From the NCBI GenBank assembly GCA_964654465.1, contig CAZZIO010000040.1, forward strand, positions 128,001-192,000: a stretch of DNA of 64,000 nt, read 5' to 3'. The position numbers and the translations under genes were made by a program. The notes beneath the pieces are model-generated. The model worked only from the letters and a program-made list of their open reading frames with translations. It was not told the origin of the DNA and did not search any database. The stretch is from an uncultured Dictyoglomota bacterium (GTDB lineage Bacteria > Dictyoglomota > Dictyoglomia > Dictyoglomales > Dictyoglomaceae). The first letter of the stretch is position 1. Every line of letters starts with the position of its first letter. This document shows positions 55,599-64,000 of the stretch, in pieces.

Positions 55599-56317
55599 TG
55601 TACCACCCTCCTAAATACTTCCTCTAAATTTTTAGCATTGTATTTTTCCTTCAACTCTTCTGATCCACCTATCTCTAATATTTTTCCCTTGTCAATAAGA
55701 GCAACTCTATCAGAAAGAAACTCTATCTCCAACATATTATGAGAAGAAAGCAAAACAGATGTCCCTTCTTTAACATATTCTCTTATAATCTCTCTTATTT
55801 CTAAAGCATTAATAACATCTAAACCAGATGTAGGCTCATCCAAGATCGCTAGAGTAGGCTTCGTCATGAGAGCTCTTGCAAGCAAAAGTTTTCTAGTCAT
55901 TCCTTTACTGTATGTTCCAACTTTATCATTTAATCTATCTCCAAGTCCACTTATTTCTTTTGCTCTATTTAAAAATTCTTCTAATTCTCTTTGATCCTTA
56001 GCATAAAAAGTTGCCATAAATTTTAAATAATCAATACCTTTCATATTCTTGTAAGCTCCTGCCTCCTCTGGTAGATAACTAATATTTTCCCTTACAAAAT
56101 CAGGATTTTTTCTTAAATCTTTACCCATAAATGTGACTTTTCCATCTGATGGAGTAAGAAGAGTTGCGATTATTCTTAGAGTAGTTGTTTTACCAGCACC
56201 ATTTGGTCCTATCAAAGCAAAAATCTCACCCTTTTTAACCTCAAAACTAATACCTTTAAGGGCTTCTAACTTACCATAAACCTTTCTAAGATTCTCTACT
56301 TGGAGAATATTGTCCAA
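55595..56317 (-). CDS. ABC exporter ATP-binding subunit
   Basis: GPNGAGKTT, YSKGM, ILDEPTSGLD, SSH; TTG 56317 preferred (SD GGGGTGA). Confidence 0.92.
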   Translation of the reverse strand: MDNILQVENLRKVYGKLEALKGISFEVKKGEIFALIGPNGAGKTTTLRIIATLLTPSDGKVTFMGKDLRKNPDFVRENISYLPEEAGAYKNMKGIDYLKFMATFYAKDQRELEEFLNRAKEISGLGDRLNDKVGTYSKGMTRKLLLARALMTKPTLAILDEPTSGLDVINALEIREIIREYVKEGTSVLLSSHNMLEIEFLSDRVALIDKGKILEIGGSEELKEKYNAKNLEEVFRRVVQ

Positions 56318-56410
56318 AAATATCACCCCCAAACTAAATTTGTTTACTATGGGAATTATATCAATCAAATTTTAAAAAATCTATTAAAAATACGTTAATA
56401 CACATCTCAC

Positions 56411-56439
56411 TTGCAAAAATTTTTCATTTAGAATACAAT
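56411..56439 (+). promoter_or_regulatory. sigma70 promoter of fur-feoABC
   Basis: TTGCAA-17nt-TACAAT. Confidence 0.6.
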
Positions 56440-56480
56440 TTTTACTAGAACTAAGCTGTTAGCATAAGGAGAGACTTCAA

Positions 56481-56912
56481 ATGAATTTTAAAGAAAATTT
56501 GAAAAATAAAGGCATAAGATTGAGCAAACCAAGACTTATGGTCCTTGAGTTTTTTGAACAAAACAAAAAAGGACATTTTTCTATTTATGAAATTTATGAA
56601 GAATTAAAAAACCAAAATAAAAAAATATCTTTCACCTCTGTCTATAGGAGTTGTAAACTTTTAGAGCGTTTAGGATATATAAGGCCTATAAGCTTTGAAG
56701 AAAGACATATTCATTATGAAAGTAATTTAAATCCTCATATACATTTCCAATGTGTATCATGTGGGAAAGTAGAGGAAAAGGAATTAACAAATCCCTCGGA
56801 GATATCTAAGATAATAAAAACAGAAGATGATAATTTTATAGTTACATCAATAAAGATTCAAGCATTAGGAGTATGTGAAGAGTGCCAAAAGAAACAAAGG
56901 AGGGAATTATGA
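56481..56912 (+). CDS. fur: Fur-family metal regulator
   Basis: GHFSIYEIY, TSVYR, HIHFQCVSCG, GVCEEC. Confidence 0.88.
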   Translation: MNFKENLKNKGIRLSKPRLMVLEFFEQNKKGHFSIYEIYEELKNQNKKISFTSVYRSCKLLERLGYIRPISFEERHIHYESNLNPHIHFQCVSCGKVEEKELTNPSEISKIIKTEDDNFIVTSIKIQALGVCEECQKKQRREL

Positions 56913-57151
56913 TCAAAAAACTTATAGAATTAGAAAAGGGAGAAAAAGGAAAAGTAGTTAGTATTATAGGTGGCAAAGGAAAAATTTTAAGACTTGCAGA
57001 ATTGGGAGTAATCCCAGGAGAAGAAATTGTTCTTTTTCAAAAATCTCTAGGACCTGTGATAGTAAAAGTCAAGGATACTAATTTAGCTTTAGGTAGAGGT
57101 TTAGCAGAAAGTATTCTTGTAGAGGTAGAGAACCATGAAAAAGAAAATTAA
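56909..57151 (+). CDS. feoA: Ferrous iron transport protein A
   Basis: RLAELGVIPG, GPVIVKV, LALGRGLA; ATGA overlap with fur. Confidence 0.92.
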   Translation: MIKKLIELEKGEKGKVVSIIGGKGKILRLAELGVIPGEEIVLFQKSLGPVIVKVKDTNLALGRGLAESILVEVENHEKEN

Positions 57152-59108
57152 AGTAGGTTTAACTGGTAATCCCAATGTAGGAAAAAGTACTGTATTTAAT
57201 CAACTTACAGGATTAAATCAACATACAGGTAACTGGCCAGGGAAAACAGTAGAGAAAAAGATCGGATATATAGAAAAAGAAGATTATCTAATAGAGGTGG
57301 TAGATCTTCCAGGAACTTATAGTCTTACTGCTCAATCCCTAGAAGAACTTATAGCAAGGGAATTTATAGTAGAAGAAAAGCCTGATATCTTAGTACTGGT
57401 TTTAGATGCTTCCCTTTTGGAAAGGAATTTATATTTGTTGTCTCAAATTTTAGAATTACACAATAATGTAATTATTGCTCTTAATATGATGGATATTTTA
57501 GAAAGCAAAAAATATAAATTAGATGTAAAAAAGTTTGAAGAAAAGTTAGGACTACCTGTGATTCCCATGGTAGCAAGTAAGGGTAAAGGCTTAAATGAAC
57601 TTATAGAAAAGGTTATTGAGATTTATGAGAAAGATAATATTCAACCTACAAAAGTAAAATATTCAAAATTAGAAGAGACTATCAAAAGAATAGAAGATCT
57701 GTTACCTGACAAAATTCAAGAATACCCAAAAAGATGGGTAGCAGTAAAATTATTAGAAAATGATCCAATTATGATAGATTTATGTAAAAAGAATTTAAAA
57801 GATTGGGAAAAAATTCAAAAAATCATAGAAGAAAGAGAAGATAACCCTATAAGAGTTGCAACTGCAAGATATGAATGGATTAAAGAAATGTTAAAGGAAG
57901 TTATAGAAAAACCCAAAAAACAAGCAATTCTCTGGACTGATAAAATAGATGAATATGTTACTCATCCCATTTGGGGATTTGTTATAGCCCTTTTTATAGT
58001 AGTAACAATTTTCTATCTTACTTTCTCCATAAATAATATAATATCTATTCCTTTGGAAAATCTACTTGACATTATAGGAGAAAAGATATCAATCCTTTTG
58101 ACTTTTTTACCAGAATTTCTAAGAAACTTGATAACTAAAGGCATTTGGCAAGGTATTGCAACTATTCTTTCTTTTACCCCTTTAATTACTATATTCTTCT
58201 TGTTTTTAGCTCTTTTAGAAGATACAGGCTATCTTGCAAGACTTGCTTTCATAACTGATAGAATAATGCATAGTTTAGGACTTCATGGTAAATCTTTCCT
58301 TCCATTAGTGATAAGCTTTGGTTGTAATGTACCTGGAGTAATGGCCACAAGAACCCTTGAAGATGAAAAAGACCGGATACTTTTAATAATTATTGATTCC
58401 TTTATCCCTTGTGTACCAAGAATATTAGTTGCCTCATTCTTCCTTGGAATATTCTTTCCCCAATATGCCTTTTTACTTCTATTAACGCTTTATATTATTA
58501 GTTTCACTTCCATATATATAAGTGGCAAATTACTAAGGAAAAAGGTACTTAAAACTTCCATGAATCCTCTTCTTATGGAACTACCAATATATAAAATTCC
58601 AAGCCCTAAAATAGTATTTTTATATATATGGGATAAACTAAAATCTTTTTTCATAAGAGCAGGAACTGTTATGGCTTTACTTTCAGGACTAACTTGGATT
58701 CTTACCAACATTCCCTCTGGAAATATAGAGAACTCATTATTCTCTCAAATAGGCAAATTATTTTTACCTTTAGTCTATCCCTTAGGTTTCAATTGGCAAC
58801 TTACTACAGCCCTTCTTTCAGGATTTGTAGCTAAAGAAGCTTCACTTTCCACTTTAAGTGCTATCTATGGTCAAAGTGGAAATGAACTTGGTAATATATT
58901 GTTAAGAGAATTAAATCCCATAACAGCTTATAGTTTTGTAGTATTTCAACTCTTATATATACCATGTGCAGCCACAGCTGCTACAATCTATAAAGAAACA
59001 AATTCCATAAAATGGACAGTATTTGCTGTTTTTTACTCTTTTATCTATGCCTATATCTTCACTTTTATTCTCCATCATATATTAGTATTCTTATCAAGCA
59101 TTTTATGA
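57135..59108 (+). CDS. feoB: Ferrous iron transport protein B
   Basis: GNPNVGKS, GNWPGKTVE, DLPGTY, NMMD, FGCNVP, YIPCAAT. Confidence 0.97.
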   Translation: MKKKIKVGLTGNPNVGKSTVFNQLTGLNQHTGNWPGKTVEKKIGYIEKEDYLIEVVDLPGTYSLTAQSLEELIAREFIVEEKPDILVLVLDASLLERNLYLLSQILELHNNVIIALNMMDILESKKYKLDVKKFEEKLGLPVIPMVASKGKGLNELIEKVIEIYEKDNIQPTKVKYSKLEETIKRIEDLLPDKIQEYPKRWVAVKLLENDPIMIDLCKKNLKDWEKIQKIIEEREDNPIRVATARYEWIKEMLKEVIEKPKKQAILWTDKIDEYVTHPIWGFVIALFIVVTIFYLTFSINNIISIPLENLLDIIGEKISILLTFLPEFLRNLITKGIWQGIATILSFTPLITIFFLFLALLEDTGYLARLAFITDRIMHSLGLHGKSFLPLVISFGCNVPGVMATRTLEDEKDRILLIIIDSFIPCVPRILVASFFLGIFFPQYAFLLLLTLYIISFTSIYISGKLLRKKVLKTSMNPLLMELPIYKIPSPKIVFLYIWDKLKSFFIRAGTVMALLSGLTWILTNIPSGNIENSLFSQIGKLFLPLVYPLGFNWQLTTALLSGFVAKEASLSTLSAIYGQSGNELGNILLRELNPITAYSFVVFQLLYIPCAATAATIYKETNSIKWTVFAVFYSFIYAYIFTFILHHILVFLSSIL

Positions 59109-59353
59109 TAGAAAAAGTGCTCGAATACATTAAAGACAAAAGAATTATAAATATTGACAAGCTGAAGAAGGATCTTCATTTATCTGATGAAGAATGGGAA
59201 TTGATCCTTCTTCAGCTTAAAGATCTTGGTTATATAAAAAAGGAATCTTTATCAGAGAGTATAAAATGTTCCTCCTGTCCCTTTGCTAAATCTTGCTCTC
59301 AAGGATGTCTTCAATCTGGGATCTTATATTTTGTAAAACCTCATAAGGATTAG
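59105..59353 (+). CDS. feoC: FeoC-like winged-helix Cys-rich protein
   Basis: ATG 59105 (ATGA overlap with feoB); LKDLGYI followed by CSSCPFAKSCSQGC. Confidence 0.75.
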   Translation: MIEKVLEYIKDKRIINIDKLKKDLHLSDEEWELILLQLKDLGYIKKESLSESIKCSSCPFAKSCSQGCLQSGILYFVKPHKD

Positions 59354-60023
59354 GACTCTGAGTAATAGGACGTCCAATAACCAAATAATCAGCTCCTTTC
59401 TCTATTGCTTCTCTTGGAGTCATTATTCTTTGCTGATCATCAGTTTTCTCCTTTGTAAGCCTTATTCCTGGTGTAACAATAAGCATAGGACGCCTAAAGT
59501 TTTTCCTAAGTAATTCTATCTCCCAAGGGGAAGCTATAACGCCATCAAGACCTGTCTCTTGTGCAAGTTGAGCTAAAAATAATACCTGTTCTGGTAAAGA
59601 TCTGGATATTCCCCAACTTCTCCTAAGGGTTTCTTCATTGAAACTGGTTAATACAGTTACACCAAGAAGATAAGGATATTGTGTTTTATTACTCTCCTTA
59701 AATTGAGATACAACTTTAACTGATTCTTTTAACATATTTTCTCCACCAAGAATATGAAGAGTTATCATAAAAGGATCCAATGTAAGAAGTCTTTCAATAG
59801 TTCTTACGACCGTGTTAGGAATATCAAATAACTTTAAATCAATAAAAACATTAGTACCCATCTCTTTCAAGGCCTTTACCACATGAGGACCCGCTACGGA
59901 AAAAAGTTCAAGCCCAACCTTAAAATTTCTTACATGTGGTACCAAATTTTCAGCTATTTCTAAGGCTTTTTTCTCTTCAGGAAAATCAAGAGCTACAATA
60001 ATAGGATCAAATTTCTTAATCAT
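59286..60023 (-). CDS. pyrF: Orotidine-5'-phosphate decarboxylase
   Basis: IIVALD, DLKLFDIPNT, VTVLTS, TPGIR, VIGRPI. Confidence 0.97.
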   Translation of the reverse strand: MIKKFDPIIVALDFPEEKKALEIAENLVPHVRNFKVGLELFSVAGPHVVKALKEMGTNVFIDLKLFDIPNTVVRTIERLLTLDPFMITLHILGGENMLKESVKVVSQFKESNKTQYPYLLGVTVLTSFNEETLRRSWGISRSLPEQVLFLAQLAQETGLDGVIASPWEIELLRKNFRRPMLIVTPGIRLTKEKTDDQQRIMTPREAIEKGADYLVIGRPITQSPNPYEVLQNIRSQIEDILESKI

Positions 60024-60950
60024 TTAATCAACCTCCCTATTAAAATGATGAGCTATTCCTATAACATCCTGAATTCTCTCATACTTAAAATAATCTTTAG
60101 CCTCTTTAACCAGCTTACTCCCAATCCATGGGTCTCTAAAATTAGCACTCCCTATCTCAACCAAAGAAGCTCCTGAAAAAAGATACTCTAAAACATCCGA
60201 GAAATTTACTATTCCTCCACATCCTACTATAGGAAGCAATTTTAACTCGTAGATTTCCCAAATATGCCTCAAAACCAATGGTTTAACAGCAGGTCCAGAA
60301 TATCCAGCAAAAACACGTTTAAAAACAGGACTTCTTTTTTTTGTATCTATCGCAAGCCCTAAGAAAGTATTAAAAGCTACAACAGCTTCGCCACCTGAGT
60401 CTTTTACTACCCTTACTATATCCAAAATATTTGGAGCCTGAGGGGTTAATTTAACCCAAACAGGCTTGTTAATTATCTCCACAACCTTTTTTGTTATAAC
60501 CTTTACCATATCTATATCAATTCCGAAGAGCATACCACCACCATCTACATTAGGGCAAGAAAGATTTAATTCCAAAACTGAGAAATTATAATCTCTAAGT
60601 TCTTTAGCAATCTGATAATATTCTTGTTCCCTTTCCCCTGCTATACTTATGATTACATGAGTATCCAATCTTTCTAAGTAGGGCATTTCTTCTTCGATAA
60701 ATTTTTCTAATCCAGGATTTTCAAGTCCTATAGAATTTAATATTCCGGCATAACATTCCCATATCCTCGGTGTAGGATTTCCTTCTCTTGGTTTTAATGT
60801 AATACTTTTTGTTACAATACCACCTAAAATATTTACATCATAAAACTTTGCTATTTCTCTTCCAAAACCACATGTACCTGATGCAAGTAGAATTGGATTC
60901 TTAAAAATTATGCTACCAACTTTAATTTTTAAATTATCCACCGAATTCAA
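60024..60950 (-). CDS. pyrD: Dihydroorotate dehydrogenase 1B catalytic subunit
   Basis: NPILLASGT, GNPTPR, NSIGLENPG, LNLSCPN, VKLTP, SGPAVKP. Confidence 0.95.
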   Translation of the reverse strand: MNSVDNLKIKVGSIIFKNPILLASGTCGFGREIAKFYDVNILGGIVTKSITLKPREGNPTPRIWECYAGILNSIGLENPGLEKFIEEEMPYLERLDTHVIISIAGEREQEYYQIAKELRDYNFSVLELNLSCPNVDGGGMLFGIDIDMVKVITKKVVEIINKPVWVKLTPQAPNILDIVRVVKDSGGEAVVAFNTFLGLAIDTKKRSPVFKRVFAGYSGPAVKPLVLRHIWEIYELKLLPIVGCGGIVNFSDVLEYLFSGASLVEIGSANFRDPWIGSKLVKEAKDYFKYERIQDVIGIAHHFNREVD

Positions 60951-61689
60951 CCTCCGATCCTACAATGATAGGTCCATCCCTACATACATGAAAATTGCGA
61001 CTTCTTCCTTTCAAAAAACAAGATAAACATATTCCTACTCCACATCCCATTCTTTCTTCAAAAGAAATATAAAGCTTATCCTTTTGATCTACTAAATGAT
61101 ATAAACTTTCGAGCATTGGATAGGGACCACAAGCAATTATCTTGTCAAATTCTAATAAGGAGGGTAAAAATTCTAATATCTTTCCTTTATTACCTACACT
61201 TCCATCCTCGGTAGAAATCACAAAATTATAGCTATATTTTTGGATATCTCTATAAATTTTCTCTTCCACATACGAAGAAAAACCAATGTAGGAATAGAAA
61301 ATCACATTTTCCTTAAAAAAATTAACAAGAAAATTCAATGGTGCTATGCCTACCCCTCCTCCAACAATAAGAACCTTCTCTCCTTGATTTAAAGAAGGAA
61401 AAGAATTTCCAAGAGGTAAAAGCATAGAAATTTTTTCACCAATCTTCTTTTTTGATAAAATCTCTGTTCCTCTTCCTATTTTCTGATAAAGAAAATATAT
61501 AAAATTATCTTCCACATTATAAAAACTCATAGGTCTTCTTAAAAAAGGATCATAACTTTCCTCAACTTGCAACATTGCAAATTGGCCAGGTAAAATTTCA
61601 AAGGTATCTTTTGGAAGTCTTACTTTCAAAAGATAAATCCTTTCCGCTACTTTCTCATTTTCTACTATTTCTCCTACTATCTCTTTCAT
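60934..61689 (-). CDS. pyrK: Dihydroorotate dehydrogenase electron-transfer subunit
   Basis: PGQF, LRRPMS, GGGVGIAP, CGP, EERMGCGVGICLSC, VCRDGP. Confidence 0.95.
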   Translation of the reverse strand: MKEIVGEIVENEKVAERIYLLKVRLPKDTFEILPGQFAMLQVEESYDPFLRRPMSFYNVEDNFIYFLYQKIGRGTEILSKKKIGEKISMLLPLGNSFPSLNQGEKVLIVGGGVGIAPLNFLVNFFKENVIFYSYIGFSSYVEEKIYRDIQKYSYNFVISTEDGSVGNKGKILEFLPSLLEFDKIIACGPYPMLESLYHLVDQKDKLYISFEERMGCGVGICLSCFLKGRSRNFHVCRDGPIIVGSEVEFGG

Positions 61690-62984
61690 CTAAATATCTT
61701 CCCTTCCCTATATACTAACCTTCCCTCTACAAAGGTCATAATAGGCCATCCTTTCAATCTCCATCCATGAAAAGGAGTATTCTTGCCTTTAGAAAAAAAC
61801 TTATCTTTATCAACTTCTTTCTCTGCTTCTATATCAATTATTGTAAGATTAGCTGGCACTCCTTCTTCTAAAGGAATAAATGGTAGATTAAGAATTTTTG
61901 CTGGATTATATGACATCTTCTTAAAGATTTTTAATAATGGAATTTTTCTTTGATGAAATCCATAGGTAACCATAAGAGGAATAGCTGTTTCAATACCACT
62001 GATTCCAAACTCTGCCAAATTGTACTCTATCATTTTCTCATCTATATGATGTGGGGCATGATCTGTAGCAATAACATCTATAATATCTGACTCTAATGCT
62101 TCCCAAAGCACTTCCTGATCTTTCTCTGTTCTTAAAGGAGGATTCATTTTAGTATTTGTATCATATCCACTTTCTTTAACATAATCCTCGGTAAGAACTA
62201 AATGATGAGGAGTAACCTCACATGTTACATTTATACCTTTTTCCTTTCCCCATCTGATCATTTCAACACTTTGCCAACAAGATATGTGGGCCAAATGTAA
62301 TTTTCCCTCTGTCAATGATGCAAGAAAAATATCTCTTGCTACTATACTAGCCTCTGCTACCCATGGCATCCCTTTTAATCCAAGGACTATAGCAGTTTTT
62401 CCCCAATTCATACTGCCTTCGGAGGTTAAGTTAGTATCTTCCGCATGTTCTATGATAGGAACATCAAAGGCCTTTGCATATTCTAAAGCACATCTTAATA
62501 CTTCACTATTCAATACACATTTTCCATCATCTGAAAAAGCTTTAGCACCTGCTAAAAACATATCTCCTATCTCTGAAATCTCTATACCTTCTCTCCCTTT
62601 AGTTATAGTTCCAATTGGATATATTCTTGCTAAACCTATAATATTAGATTTTTCATATATATACCTCACAATCATTCTGTTATCTATAGGGGGATTTGTA
62701 TTAGGCATACAAGCCACAGCAGTAAATCCACCAGCTACAGCTGCCATTGAACCTGTCTCCAGTGTTTCTTTCCATTCATAACCTGGTTCTCTAAAATGTA
62801 CATGCATATCTATTAAAGTAGGCACAACAACTTTATTCTTACCATCCACAATCTCCACATTTTGGTCCAAATTTAACTCTTTTCCAATACCTCTAATATG
62901 ACCGTCTTCTATGTATAGATCTCCAATCTCCTCTTTATTTTTATCTGTATGTAACAAAATAGCATTCTTAATTAATATTTTCAT
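61686..62984 (-). CDS. pyrC: Dihydroorotase
   Basis: [37 protein letters not shown]. Confidence 0.97.
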   Translation of the reverse strand: MKILIKNAILLHTDKNKEEIGDLYIEDGHIRGIGKELNLDQNVEIVDGKNKVVVPTLIDMHVHFREPGYEWKETLETGSMAAVAGGFTAVACMPNTNPPIDNRMIVRYIYEKSNIIGLARIYPIGTITKGREGIEISEIGDMFLAGAKAFSDDGKCVLNSEVLRCALEYAKAFDVPIIEHAEDTNLTSEGSMNWGKTAIVLGLKGMPWVAEASIVARDIFLASLTEGKLHLAHISCWQSVEMIRWGKEKGINVTCEVTPHHLVLTEDYVKESGYDTNTKMNPPLRTEKDQEVLWEALESDIIDVIATDHAPHHIDEKMIEYNLAEFGISGIETAIPLMVTYGFHQRKIPLLKIFKKMSYNPAKILNLPFIPLEEGVPANLTIIDIEAEKEVDKDKFFSKGKNTPFHGWRLKGWPIMTFVEGRLVYREGKIFR

Positions 62985-63903
62985 CTGACCTACCTCCCAA
63001 CATAAGATAAAGAAGCGCCATTCTTACTGCTACACCATTCGTTACCTGTTCATTAATCAAAGATAACGTACTATCGGCAACTTCTGAAGATATCTCTACA
63101 CCCCTATTCATAGGACCAGGATGCATAATTAAAACATCTTTTTTAGCCTTTTTTAAACGCTCTTCTGTAACTCCAAATAAAGCATGATATTCCCTTAAGC
63201 TTGGGAAAAGCCCTTTCTTTTGCCTTTCTAACTGAAGTCTTAAAATATATACAATATCGGCATCTTCAATAGCCTCATCTAAATTATATGTGACTTTAGC
63301 ATTTAAATAATGAATATCCTTAGGAATTAAAGTAGGAGGGCCACATACTATAACAGAGCTTCCCAGCTTACTCCAAGCATATATATTAGATCTTGCAACT
63401 CTACTATGGAATATATCCCCAACTATAGCTATCTTTAATCCATCAACTCTATTCTTTTTTTCATAAACGGTAAAAACATCCAAGAGAGCCTGGGTGGGAT
63501 GTTCATGCATTCCATCACCTGCATTTATAACTTTTGACTTTATGTTTTTAGCAATAAAAAGGGGTACCCCAGAAGAACTATGTCTAATAACAAATAATTC
63601 TACCCCCATAGCCTCTATAGTCTTAACAGTATCAAGAAGAGTTTCACCTTTCTGTATACTACTTGTAGATGTTGCAATACTTATAGTATCAGCACTTAAA
63701 TATTTTGCAGCAAGTTCAAAAGAGGAACGAGTTCTTGTGCTTGGTTCATAAAAAAGAGTACATATGGTTCTTCCTCTCAAAGTTGGTACTTTTTTAATCC
63801 TTCTATTCAATATATCTTTCATAGACTTTGCTGTTTCAATAATTAGTTCAATCTCCTCCTTTTTAAGTTCTTCAATACCTATTAAATCTTTTCTATCCCA
63901 CAT
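62968..63903 (-). CDS. pyrB: Aspartate carbamoyltransferase catalytic subunit
   Basis: [41 protein letters not shown] 63903 follows SD GGAGG. Confidence 0.97.
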   Translation of the reverse strand: MWDRKDLIGIEELKKEEIELIIETAKSMKDILNRRIKKVPTLRGRTICTLFYEPSTRTRSSFELAAKYLSADTISIATSTSSIQKGETLLDTVKTIEAMGVELFVIRHSSSGVPLFIAKNIKSKVINAGDGMHEHPTQALLDVFTVYEKKNRVDGLKIAIVGDIFHSRVARSNIYAWSKLGSSVIVCGPPTLIPKDIHYLNAKVTYNLDEAIEDADIVYILRLQLERQKKGLFPSLREYHALFGVTEERLKKAKKDVLIMHPGPMNRGVEISSEVADSTLSLINEQVTNGVAVRMALLYLMLGGRSDENIN

Positions 63904-63905
63904 TA

Positions 63906-64000
63906 TTATTCCTCCTTCCATTCTCCAATTACAACTTCATCTACCCCATCTATCTCTTCCAATCTAACCTCAATTTGTTCTTTTCGAGAAGTAGGTACGT
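63906..64000 (-). CDS. pyrR: PyrR regulator/UPRTase, C-terminal fragment (gene starts beyond the window)
   Basis: Hand translation [30 protein letters not shown] matches the PyrR C-terminus; directly upstream of pyrB. Confidence 0.85.
   Translation of the reverse strand, partial: VPTSRKEQIEVRLEEIDGVDEVVIGEWKEE

Noticed and set aside
60935..60943. Single TTATCCAC DnaA-box-like match
   Set aside because: Isolated, inside coding sequence and imperfect; expected by chance.

Overview
An AT-rich, very gene-dense core-genome segment of a bacterium. Composition, Firmicutes-like synteny plus an outer-membrane barrel, and gene content suggest a Dictyoglomus-like thermophilic anaerobe (inference only). 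In order: mfd (5'-partial)-prsA-mazG-hup; gcvT-H-PA-PB followed by two radical SAM genes carrying the motifs of the archaeal-type LipS1/LipS2 lipoyl synthase, then a tRNA nucleotidyltransferase lacking the flexible loop (probably CC-adding); a long minus-strand run (ffh-rpsP-khpA-rimM-trmD-rplS-lepB-rnhB-yraN-comM-NCS2 permease-dprA-topA-trmFO-xerC); a GH2 beta-glucuronidase; ArsR-DUF554; larB-larC-guaA-LUD; an unannotated 43-aa HiPIP/BssC-like Cys-rich protein; dnaN-yaaA-recF-dciA-gyrB with neither dnaA nor gyrA, followed by a 689-aa unknown with faint BshC-like motifs; Rrf2-sufC-sufB (minimal Fe-S system)-rsmG-BcerS/YghO-like GNAT; ArsR; a TraF/PorV-like barrel; hsp20-lon-aeRF1-like (baeRF/Balon-like) operon; gap; leuS; an ABC exporter; fur-feoABC; and pyrR(partial)-B-C-K-D-F. 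I saw no tRNA, rRNA, CRISPR, IS or prophage. All family calls come from motif recognition by eye, not database searches.
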